A stretch of DNA of 32,000 nt from a cyanobacterium endosymbiont of Epithemia turgida isolate EtSB Lake Yunoko (GTDB lineage Bacteria > Cyanobacteriota > Cyanobacteriia > Cyanobacteriales > Microcystaceae): assembly GCF_000829235.1 (NCBI RefSeq), contig NZ_AP012549.1:2010001-2042000 (forward strand). Reading direction: 5' to 3'. The translations under genes and the position numbers were made by a program. How positions within the stretch are numbered: position 1 is the stretch's first letter; each line of letters begins with the position of its first letter. The notes beneath the pieces are model-generated. The model ran no database searches. It was not told where the DNA came from and saw nothing but the letters and a program-made list of their open reading frames with translations. Shown piece after piece: positions 8,724-17,524 of the stretch.

Positions 8724-10661
8724 ATGGTTTCTAATTCTTTTATCTTCCTTAAACTTTCTCGTCGTGCTGTCTTGAAACTTTTAGGGATTGCATTACCTGC
8801 AGCAATATTAGGCTATTCTCGTTTTAGTAAACCCCAACCTTTTATCTATCAACAAGACAGCTTAAGTTTACCTTCTCGACCAACTAAACCTAAATCTGTG
8901 GTCATAATTGGTGCAGGTTTAGCGGGATTAGCTTGTGCTTACGAATTAAGTCAACGAGGGTTTCAAGTAACTTTATTAGAGAGAGCACCCAATCTAGGAG
9001 GTAAAATTGCCAGTTGGACGGTTCAAGTAGGTAGTGAAACTTTCAAAATGGAACATGGATTTCACGGTTTTTTTCCCCAGTATTATAACCTGAATAGTAT
9101 TGCTCAAGAATTATCCATTACAAATAATTTTCAATCCTTAAAGTTTTATTCTGTTGTCTTTAAAGACAATATTTATAGACCAGAAAATTTTTATCCAAGT
9201 CACTCAACTTTTCCCTGGAATATTATTGATCTTTGGTTTTGGTCTTCTAATCGTCTTCAATGGGGAATTAACTTACTAAAACCCTCTCACTGGAAAGTTT
9301 TTAAAGCTATTACAGGAGTTCAAATTCCTAAAATTTTTACCAAATTTGACAATATCTCTGTAACTGAATGGGTAAAACAAGGTTTTCCTAAAGGAATTCA
9401 TGATTTATATTTTCTTCCCTTTGCTAAGGCTACTTTAAATGCACCTGATATTTTAAGTGCAGGAGAATTATTACAATTTTTCCATTTTTATTTTTTTGGG
9501 AATCCTGAAGGTTTAGCTTTTAGTGGAACTAAAGATGATATGGGAACCAGTTTAGTTCAACCTTTTATTAAAGCAATTCAAAAGAATGGGGGACAAGTTA
9601 TTTCTGAAGGAATTATTAATAAAATTATCTGTAACAACGAAAAAATTATTTCTTTAACTTATCAACAGGGAAACTCTCAAACTGAAGTTCCTTTTTGGGT
9701 AGAACGTAATAATTATTTGACTAATAGTCATGTAACATACTATGGTGCAGGTGATCGGGTTTTCATTGCTACTTCAAATCATCAAGAAGCAATTTCTTTA
9801 ACTTGTACTCACCAAGGTTGTACAGTAAGTAGACAAACGGATGGAACCTTTTTATGTCCCTGTCATGGAACATTATATGATGACAAAGGCAAAGTATTTG
9901 GAGGTCCTGCAAAACAAAATTTACCCCGTTATAAAATAAACCAGCAGAGGGAAACATCAATCCTGTTAATTAGTGTTTCTACTTTATCTTCAAAAAAAGA
10001 TACAATGCTGGAAGCAGATTATTATGTTATGGCTACTGATGTTCCTGGAATTAAGCAGTTATGGGAGTTGATAGAAGGAGATATTAATCCAAAAGTTACT
10101 CAACAAGTAGTAACTTTAACAACAGCTGATCCGTTTGCTGTTGGACGATTTTGGTTTGACCAAGATTTTGACTGGAACTATAGTGATTTTACCTCTGTTT
10201 CGGGATATAAACTAACCGATAGTATTACTCTTTATCACCATATTCAAAATCAGTTTATTGAGTGGTCAAAACACACAGGAGGAAGTGTAATAGAATTACA
10301 TGCTTATTGTTATAAGGAAAAGGATTTTCCAAATCAAGAATCTCTCTTGAGAGCGTTTGAACAGGAATTATATGAAATTGTTCCAAAATTAAAACAGGCT
10401 AACTGCTTAAATAAGGAATTGGTTAACCAGAATAATTTTTCAGGTTATCCTCCTAACAGTTATAATAATCGTCCAAAAACTACAACAGAAATTAAAAATT
10501 TATACTTTGCTGGAGATTGGGTTAAGATGCCTTTTCCTTGTAGTTTAATGGAACGTGCAGTCAGTAGTGGACTTTTGGCGGCTAATGAAATTTTACATCA
10601 AGAAGGGTTACAAAGACGTACATTGTTAACAGTTGCACCATCAGGGTTAGTTAAAATCTAG
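8724..10661 (+). CDS. FAD-dependent amine-oxidase/phytoene-desaturase-like oxidoreductase with an N-terminal twin-arginine signal and an internal Rieske [2Fe-2S] domain
   Basis: 645-aa ORF. It has a Tat-like 'LSRRAVLKLLG' followed by a hydrophobic stretch. The Rossmann motif is 'VVIIGAGLAGLACAYEL...LLE...GGK'. The Rieske box 'CTHQGCTVSRQTDGTFLCPCHGTLYD' (nt 9804-9881) is inserted between the two halves of the oxidase fold. The C-terminal part carries 'YFAGDW'. Confidence 0.8.
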   Translation: MVSNSFIFLKLSRRAVLKLLGIALPAAILGYSRFSKPQPFIYQQDSLSLPSRPTKPKSVVIIGAGLAGLACAYELSQRGFQVTLLERAPNLGGKIASWTVQVGSETFKMEHGFHGFFPQYYNLNSIAQELSITNNFQSLKFYSVVFKDNIYRPENFYPSHSTFPWNIIDLWFWSSNRLQWGINLLKPSHWKVFKAITGVQIPKIFTKFDNISVTEWVKQGFPKGIHDLYFLPFAKATLNAPDILSAGELLQFFHFYFFGNPEGLAFSGTKDDMGTSLVQPFIKAIQKNGGQVISEGIINKIICNNEKIISLTYQQGNSQTEVPFWVERNNYLTNSHVTYYGAGDRVFIATSNHQEAISLTCTHQGCTVSRQTDGTFLCPCHGTLYDDKGKVFGGPAKQNLPRYKINQQRETSILLISVSTLSSKKDTMLEADYYVMATDVPGIKQLWELIEGDINPKVTQQVVTLTTADPFAVGRFWFDQDFDWNYSDFTSVSGYKLTDSITLYHHIQNQFIEWSKHTGGSVIELHAYCYKEKDFPNQESLLRAFEQELYEIVPKLKQANCLNKELVNQNNFSGYPPNSYNNRPKTTTEIKNLYFAGDWVKMPFPCSLMERAVSSGLLAANEILHQEGLQRRTLLTVAPSGLVKI

Positions 10662-11383
10662 AATTTGTTATTTTTTTTATTTCTATAAAGAGAATCCATA
10701 ATAATCTTTCTGGCTAATTTAATATTTAGCCTGTTTTTCCTAAAATATTAAAACTTTTCAAGGAAAATAAATCCATCTGAATAAACTCACTAATTTAATT
10801 CCAAGATTTTATTTAGCTAAAGAGAATACTCAGCATGAATAATAAAAAATAAAATATATAATCTAGACTAAACTGTCTAACAATCTAAGTTTGAGTTAAA
10901 AATAAAATTATTATTTCTATTAGTTATATCTAATAAGTTGAGTTAAACTAATAATAATTCTTCCACACTAAAGCTAATTAAAAATTATAAGACTAAGTGA
11001 AGTTTATTAACTAAAAACCAAGTATAAAAGTATAAATATGATTAAACTAAGTTAAGAATTAGTTTGAAATTTTCCTTGATTGATATCTCTATTAATTCAT
11101 GATTCTATTTGAGTGTCTTGTACTAGTATATTTTGTAGATTTTTTAGCATGAGTTGATAGTTTATCCGTTTTCTTAAAAGTTATTAACATAGTGTTGTTT
11201 ATTTTACGTCCGACTACTGAATTTATAGAGTTTGTAGAGATCCTTACCCGGGATATCACCAGACACCATCTCCTGAATACATGGGAAGAAGCTATAGTTG
11301 ATTTAAATAGTTTTTACTTAAATTTATACCGTTCAACCTAACCTTATATCTTCCATTAAAAGGCTTTCTACAGCAAAACGGCG

Positions 11384-11427
11384 TTTAGGCACGAGGACTC
11401 TTATACAGAAGAGTCCTCGTGCCTAAA
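11384..11427. repeat. GC-rich perfect hairpin (19-bp stem, 6-nt loop); terminator-like and orphaned
   Basis: tttaggcacgaggactctt (11384-11402), atacag, aagagtcctcgtgcctaaa (11409-11427). It lies 43 nt after the stop of a start-less 62-codon open frame (11153-11341) and 90 nt before the membrane-protein pseudogene. Confidence 0.6.
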
Positions 11428-11517
11428 ATAAGATTATAGTTATCTCATTCTATCCAAAATACTATACACAAATTGTTTAACCCTGTCCAATTCGCGTTTC
11501 CATAGCCATATCTGGCT

Positions 11518-12033
11518 ATGGAAGTTATGAAGACAGTTGATTTTCTCCTAATTATTCATCTAGTGACTGCTGTTATTTTTGTTTTTCCTTTAATTGGTAT
11601 TGTGTCTTATTTTTCTGGGAAAACTTATCAAAGACGTTTACAAACTTTAAATAAGAATTCGAATAAGAAAAAAAGTAAATTTTTTCTATTAGTTGGACGA
11701 GATCATGTTTTTATGGGACGTTGGTTATCAGGTTTGGTAGTTGAAGTTAGTTTGTTAGGATTAGCATATCCCATTGGGAAAAACATTATTAACAATCGAC
11801 TTTGGTAAAATAATGTATTTTTCTTTCTTTTTATTTTAACAATGTTTGTAGTAACCATTGCTGCTTTGGTAATTCTTCAAAAAACACGACAGAAACATTA
11901 GCGAGGAGTTTTTGCAACTTTAACTGGAATAGGACTAATAATTTTAGGATTTAAAGATAGGGTATTCTGTCGAGATAATCAATGGTACATGTCTCATTTC
12001 TATTTTGGTATTTTAGCTGCTTTATTGCTCTAA
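11518..12033 (+). pseudogene. Multi-pass membrane protein interrupted by two in-frame stop codons (family not assigned; DUF4079-like layout)
   Basis: The 96-aa ORF (11518-11808) continues in the same frame through TAA 11806-11808 and TAG 11899-11901 to TAA 12031-12033. The continuation stays hydrophobic and helix-like: '...NNVFFFLFILTMFVVTIAALVILQKTRQKH*RGVFATLTGIGLIILGF...HFYFGILAALLL*'. Confidence 0.5.
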
Positions 12034-12258
12034 TGGTTGGCGGCGCAGTATTCACATTATTTTAAATTGTCTCACTTTGCTATTATTTATAGCGCAAAGC
12101 ATAACAGGGATTAGAGATTTATTAGAAATTGGTAAATATAAACTCGGAGAATAATTTTGAACTAAATTAAGAAAAATTATTCAGGACAGAACGATTTTAC
12201 GAGGTAAAAATTTAACTTAAATTCAGATATAGTTTTGGATATAAGACATTAGGTTAGA

Positions 12259-12449
12259 TCAAAAAAACTTTGAGGTAAAAACAAAGTCATCGCACGCTTT
12301 ATGAATTGTCTCAATGACTTTCTTATCTTCAATCACGCCATACATATATTATGGTCTTTGTCTCCAGAATTAAAAATTATCTCACCAGAGAAATAGATTA
12401 CTTCCGGTCAAGATTTAAAAAGTAGAACAGTTTTCACTAGATTCAACAT
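12259..12449 (-). pseudogene. Remnant of a cyclic-nucleotide-binding (cNMP/CAP-like) domain
   Basis: The minus strand reads 'MLNLVKTVLLFKS*PEVIYFSGEIIFNSGDKDHNI', then a frameshift, then 'YGVIEDKKVIETIHKACDDFVFTSKFF*'. This follows the cNMP-domain pattern 'LF..L ... GE.IF..GD..D..Y.V..G.V', but with a stop, a frameshift and an internal deletion. Confidence 0.35.
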
Positions 12450-13042
12450 AATTTTAAACTTAACTTAAACAACAAACGTCGAATTGAGAGTCAATATGAA
12501 AGTTAAAGAGAAGTTTGGTTTTATCAATAATCTCTAAGTGAATTGTGATCTAATGACCTCATATCGACCCACATTTAAACTGTATTTTACTATTTAGTTA
12601 GGTTTTTACTAAGTTGAGCAACCATTTTTTTAGCATGTAATATCGACGGTATAAATAGAGTTTTAAGAACATAAAAAAAGATTATTTCTTATCAAGATCA
12701 TAGAATTTTTCTTATAAGTACTTTACTGTGACCTTGTTAGTGCCGAATTCTGTCCCACTGACTAAATTACCACTGATTATTTTGTAATAAGACCACAAAT
12801 CTCTGAAATAGTTGTGAATTTCGATGACAATTGATTAGACTAAATAGTCTGTGATCACCAATTTTTGCCGTTTATTCTTGATACTAATCAATTTAAGTGC
12901 ATAATATAATTTACCTTAGAACATCACACCTTGCATCATATCTATATAAAAAATCATAAAAAAAATAGAAAATATTCTCTTTTTTGATGAAAAATTTTTT
13001 CCTGAAGCAAATAAAAAATACTACAAAAGCCAGTGGATTCTT

Positions 13043-13573
13043 TTAATCAAGAATCCGCACATCAATGGTACTAGTGTTAAAGTTATAATCTTTTCCTTCT
13101 AACTCAATTAACGTACCAATTTTAACTTTTTGATTTCCTAACACTGCTCCTGTCTCCGTAATTTGGGCTTCTCCTCCTAAGGTTAAAATCATATCCTTAA
13201 AAAATACTATTTCTGGTCTAGGATCGGGAAGTGCTTTAACAGATCCATCAGGTTGAGGAACTACTGTTGTACGTGGAAGGGGCTGAATCTCTTTAACATA
13301 AACTTCCCCCGCTGGTTGGTGACGAATAACAATATTAGTTTTTTTTTCGTTTTTAAATTGTTGTATCAACGACTCAGAATTGCGCACTCCTAAACCTCGA
13401 ACAATAACATCAACTTCGATAGGTTTTTTTGAGGCTTGCGCGATGGTACTCACCCCTGATTTTCCAGGAACAATAAAAATACCGATAGTCACCAGGAAAA
13501 TAACCAAGGCCGCACCAAGATCCAAAATGCTAATCTTAGAGAATAAACGTCCTTTAGAATCTAATAGCTTCAT
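13043..13573 (-). CDS. Conserved cyanobacterial hypothetical protein with an N-terminal membrane anchor (DUF4330-like)
   Basis: 176-aa ORF. The N-terminus 'MKLLDSKGRLFSKISILDLGAALVIFLVTIGIF' matches my memory of the DUF4330 family, followed by a beta-rich soluble part. The antisense ORF 13380-13583 is spurious. Confidence 0.5.
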   Translation of the reverse strand: MKLLDSKGRLFSKISILDLGAALVIFLVTIGIFIVPGKSGVSTIAQASKKPIEVDVIVRGLGVRNSESLIQQFKNEKKTNIVIRHQPAGEVYVKEIQPLPRTTVVPQPDGSVKALPDPRPEIVFFKDMILTLGGEAQITETGAVLGNQKVKIGTLIELEGKDYNFNTSTIDVRILD

Positions 13574-13792
13574 AAGAATATAGTCAATTTAAAGTTCAAT
13601 ATAGGTATAAATCAAGAATTTTTATAAAAACTTGATCTAGAATATCTAGGCTAACATGTTCCAAACCGAGGTAGTTCTACCATAGTCTTTGACTGTCTTT
13701 TACTAAGCAGACGCAACGACAGGTTGAAAGTATCCCACATTCCTTTAGGATTAATATCCTAAACAATAAGAACAAACTGTTGATTTGAATCT

Positions 13793-14431
13793 ATGCAGAA
13801 CCAATCTTCCTCTCAATCTCCCGTTTCTATTCCTTTCTCTGCTCGGAGTGCTTTCGTCAGACGCACCACCAAGGAAACCGATGTGATAGTGTCCCTAAAT
13901 TTGGATGGTCAGGGAATTTGTCATGCATCAACAGGAATTCTTTTTTTAGACCATATGATTAATCAAATTGCTTCTCATGGGTTAATTGATTTAGAGATAA
14001 AGGCTACAGGAGATTTAGGAATTGATGATCACCATACTAATGAAGATGTAGGCATTACCCTCGGTCAAGCATTAGCCGAAGCGTTAGGCGATCGCAAGGG
14101 AATAAACCGTTTTGGCCATTTTATTGCCCCTTTAGATGAAGCGTTAATTCAAGTAGCTTTAGATTTTTCAGGACGGCCTCATTTAAATTATGGGTTAGAA
14201 ATTCTCACCCAACGAGTAGGGACTTATGATACTCAACTAGTCCGTGAATTTTTTGTAGCATTGGTTAATCACAGCCAAATAACTCTACATATTCGTCAAT
14301 TAGATGGTATTAATTCTCACCATATTATCGAGGCAACTTTTAAAGCGTTTGCGCGATCAATGCGGATGGCCTTAGAAATTGATCTTCGTCGTTCCCATGC
14401 TGTTCCTAGTTCTAAGGGAATGTTAGTTTAA
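13793..14431 (+). CDS. hisB: Imidazoleglycerol-phosphate dehydratase
   Basis: 212-aa ORF with 'RTTKETDV', '[17 protein letters not shown]' and '[17 protein letters not shown]', the metal-binding histidine motifs of IGPD. Confidence 0.95.
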   Translation: MQNQSSSQSPVSIPFSARSAFVRRTTKETDVIVSLNLDGQGICHASTGILFLDHMINQIASHGLIDLEIKATGDLGIDDHHTNEDVGITLGQALAEALGDRKGINRFGHFIAPLDEALIQVALDFSGRPHLNYGLEILTQRVGTYDTQLVREFFVALVNHSQITLHIRQLDGINSHHIIEATFKAFARSMRMALEIDLRRSHAVPSSKGMLV

Positions 14432-14437
14432 GATTTT

Positions 14438-14477
14438 ATTGCTTATCAAAAATCACTAGTGATTTTTGATAAGCAAT
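14438..14477 (+). terminator. 40-bp perfect palindrome immediately after hisB; probable intrinsic terminator
   Basis: attgcttatcaaaaatcact|agtgatttttgataagcaat starts 7 nt after the hisB stop and is followed by cccccttttt. Pairing was checked base by base and breaks at 14437/14478. Confidence 0.7.
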
Positions 14478-15298
14478 CCCCCTTTTTAAAATGACCTGAC
14501 TGCTGTTAAGTTCAAAGAAAGGTTCATCAATAATTCTTTAACGGTTGTCTTTCCATTACAACCTCGCAGGGACTAGTATTCTAAATCGGTTAAATTGACG
14601 AACTAATAATCATAATTAAGTAAACTTTTAATAGGCTAACCATAGAGATACAGATGAAGTCAAGGAATTGTGGTTAATAGTAACTTATCCTTTGACTAAT
14701 CTATTTTTATTAACGATGGCCTTCCTAAAAAAATGTGTAATGGATAATATTTTATGGAGCAAGTAATTTTGTTAATCTTTTAGTATTTTCAATTAACTTT
14801 TATAATCCCTAATGTTGAAGAATATAAAAATTAATAATTTTTAAGCTAAATGTCTAAGTCAACTAAAATAAAATGTCAATATTATAATTTATTTATTATA
14901 GATTAATGTACATATAAACAATATTTTTTTTTATTAGCTTTCTCATAACTATCGTCGCTTTTATCACTTAAAAATTCATTTATTTTATAGTAGTAACTCA
15001 AAAAGTTTTTAAATCAAACAACCTTATATTTGTAGTTTTTGGGTTTATATTCTCGCAGGAAGGCGATCATTTCTTGTATTAATTTAATTTTCCAACGTTC
15101 TAATTATTCATAAAAAAACATGCAAAATTTTTCCTGGGACAATTTTTTTAGATAGGGCTTAAATTTCAACAAGGGTATTAGGTAGGTGAATATTTAAGTC
15201 CCCCCATACAATTAATCAGAATTATTTTGGTAGTTATGCGGTATCTATTGATTTTAACTACTTAAAATTAATAAATGCTTTATTGTTAGCAGCAATTT

Positions 15299-15520
15299 TT
15301 AATAACGTTTCTGGGCAATTTGTCAGGTTTTCTTACTAAAATCAATTCCTACAATGTCAGTATCGGGGGTCAGCATAATTAAATACTCTGTTCTTACCCC
15401 TGTTCCATACCCTACATCATAAAATACAAATGTCTTGTCTAGAAGCTTTTGTTCCTGTAACAAAGTCGTAAGCTGCAGTACAATATTACCGTCAATTATA
15501 CCAAAGTGGCGGTTCATCAT
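15299..15520 (-). pseudogene. Truncated class I SAM-dependent methyltransferase
   Basis: The 65-aa ORF carries SAM motif I 'VFYDVGYGTGVRTEYL' and 'IVGIDFSKKT'. TGA then interrupts what continues as 'QIAQKRY*' (compare the usual G-I-D-x-S-x-x-M-L-x-x-A-x-x-R). No post-I motifs follow. Confidence 0.5.
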
Positions 15521-15662
15521 AATAAGAGTTTAGTAAAAAAGGGGTAGGTCTGATAAAGAAGTTAAAAAACGCAACCAACTTTCCTGAGATTACCAATAAG
15601 TCTCTTAAAGAGTAGGAAAGATGGGGTTAAAGGGAGTTGCTCTTTTACTTTTACATAGCGTT

Positions 15663-17312
15663 TTACTCCCATTCAATGGTTCCAGGGGGTTTAGAAGTAA
15701 TGTCATAAACAACACGATTAACCCCTTTAACTTCATTTACAATGCGGTTTGAGATACTTTCAAGTAAGTCGTAGGGGACCCTAGCCCAATCGGCGGTCAT
15801 CCCGTCTTCACTGGTAATCAGCCGTAAAACAATAGGATGAGCATAGGTGCGTTGATCTCCCATGACTCCTACACTTCGCACCGGTAAAAGTACAGCAAAT
15901 GCTTGCCACAACTCATGATACATCCCATTTTTAGTAATTTCATCACGCACGATGAAATCTGCATCCCGCATTAAATTAAGACTTTCAGAAGTCACTTCTC
16001 CCAGGATGCGAATGGCTAACCCAGGTCCAGGAAAGGGATGACGGCGGATAATTTCTTCAGGTAAGCCTATCACCCGGCCAAGTTTACGAACTTCATCTTT
16101 AAACAGTTTCCGCAGAGGTTCTACCAATTTAAAGCGGAGATTTTTGGGAAGTCCTCCTACATTATGATGACTTTTAATTTTAACAGCTACCCGTTCCCCC
16201 GTTTTCGGATCAACATTACTGTCAGCAGATTCAATCACATCAGGGTAAAGAGTTCCCTGGGCTAGATAATCAAAAGGTCCCAGGCGATCTGACTCTTCTT
16301 CGAAAACTTGAATAAATTCGTGTCCAATGAGACGTCGTTTGGTTTCGGGATCAGTGACATCTCTAAGTTGTGCTAAAAATCGGTCTCTGGCGTTTACATA
16401 CTCAACACTAATATGAAACTCCTTATTGAAGATGTCTACTAATCTTTCAGGTTCTCCTTTTCGCATAAACCCTTGATCAATGAACATACAAGTCAGTTTG
16501 TTTCCGATGGCACGATGGAGAAGAAAGGCTAAGGTAGAAGAATCTACTCCACCAGAGAGGGCTAATAAAACTCGTTTATCTTTGACTTTAGCGCGAATCT
16601 CTCGGATAGATTCGTCAATAAAGGCTTCGGTTGTCCAAGTCGGTTTACATTGACAAATATGATAGACAAAGTTGCGAATTAGGGCAATTCCCCCCACGGA
16701 ATGAACAACTTCTGGGTGAAATTGAACCCCAAAAAGTTTCTTGTTATTATCGGCGATCGCAGCGCAAGGAGTATTATCGGTGTGGGCTAAAATTTCAAAG
16801 CCTTCGGGGAGTTGAGTACAGGAGTCACCATGACTCATCCACATGGTCGTACCTTCTTCAACGTTAGTAAGTAAATCTATGGGATTATCTATATGTAGGG
16901 ACGCTTTGCCATATTCTCCTTTTTTTCCCCTTTCTACTTGCCCTCCCAATTGCTGAACCATAAGTTGCATTCCGTAGCAAATCCCTAGGATAGGGATACC
17001 TAGCTGAAAGACTTCGGGGTTACATTGAGGGGTGCGGCTGTCATAGACAGAATTAGGTCCTCCTGACAGAATAATTCCTTGGGGATTTAGCTGACTTATT
17101 TGTTCAACTGTAGTTCGATAAGATAGAACTTCTGAGTAAACTTCTATTTCACGAATACGACGAGCAATTAATTCTGAATATTGGGAACCAAAGTCCAGAA
17201 TAACTATGATTTGGCGATTTAGGTTTTCCTTGACGGGCTTTGTTGCCAAAGTTTTTGTAGGTTGGGTTATATCAGGCGTTTGAGTAGTCACGTTTAAGGC
17301 GATTCTGTACAA
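15663..17312 (-). CDS. guaA: GMP synthase (glutamine-hydrolysing)
   Basis: 549-aa ORF. The GATase part carries 'GICYGMQLM' and 'FHPEV', the ATP-pyrophosphatase loop is 'SGGVDSST', and the C-terminus is 'KPPGTIEWE'. The start is uncertain (TTG at 17312 or GTG at 17291) and no clear SD is present. Confidence 0.95.
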   Translation of the reverse strand: MYRIALNVTTQTPDITQPTKTLATKPVKENLNRQIIVILDFGSQYSELIARRIREIEVYSEVLSYRTTVEQISQLNPQGIILSGGPNSVYDSRTPQCNPEVFQLGIPILGICYGMQLMVQQLGGQVERGKKGEYGKASLHIDNPIDLLTNVEEGTTMWMSHGDSCTQLPEGFEILAHTDNTPCAAIADNNKKLFGVQFHPEVVHSVGGIALIRNFVYHICQCKPTWTTEAFIDESIREIRAKVKDKRVLLALSGGVDSSTLAFLLHRAIGNKLTCMFIDQGFMRKGEPERLVDIFNKEFHISVEYVNARDRFLAQLRDVTDPETKRRLIGHEFIQVFEEESDRLGPFDYLAQGTLYPDVIESADSNVDPKTGERVAVKIKSHHNVGGLPKNLRFKLVEPLRKLFKDEVRKLGRVIGLPEEIIRRHPFPGPGLAIRILGEVTSESLNLMRDADFIVRDEITKNGMYHELWQAFAVLLPVRSVGVMGDQRTYAHPIVLRLITSEDGMTADWARVPYDLLESISNRIVNEVKGVNRVVYDITSKPPGTIEWE

Positions 17313-17524
17313 TAAGAACTAACAGTTGCAAGTTGCTAAAATTGACTGAAGGGTGAGCTAACAATTTGTTTGTTTTAGATGACGATAATCAAGAGTTGCA
17401 TTTTGACTGTTTCAATCATTTATTCTACCATTACAAGTTGTTTCGAACCTTGATCTTAATCGAAATCGAGAGTAGTCTTTGACTTGATGTATTACGATTA
17501 TCTAGTTGAAAATCATTTATTTTT

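Noticed and set aside
9769-9960. 63-aa minus-strand ORF opposite the Rieske insert
   Set aside because: It is antisense to the Rieske box of the 645-aa protein and has a low-complexity sequence.
13380-13583. 67-aa plus-strand ORF overlapping the DUF4330-like gene
   Set aside because: It is an antisense shadow ORF. The minus-strand protein has the conserved family-like N-terminus.
14486-14578. Minus-strand 'SLRGCNGKTTVKELLMNLSL', resembling the Mur-ligase (MurF/MurD-type) P-loop G-x-N-G-K-T-T-x-K-E
   Set aside because: Only about 14 residues match, a stop follows 18 codons later and the flanking frames are unreadable. That is too short to tell from chance or from other P-loop families without a database search.
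14540-14580. CRISPR-repeat-like string (ccattacaacctcgcagggac), plus a general scan of the AT-rich spacers for repeat-spacer periodicity
   Set aside because: The string occurs only once. I found no regularly spaced direct repeats of 25-40 nt anywhere in the window and no cas genes.
16631-16867. 78-aa plus-strand ORF inside guaA
   Set aside because: It is antisense to an unambiguous GMP synthase.
17400-17470. 'ggttcgaaac' on the minus strand, resembling a tRNA T-arm
   Set aside because: No acceptor, D-arm or anticodon-arm pairing can be built around it. I found no tRNA, rRNA or other structured RNA gene in the window.
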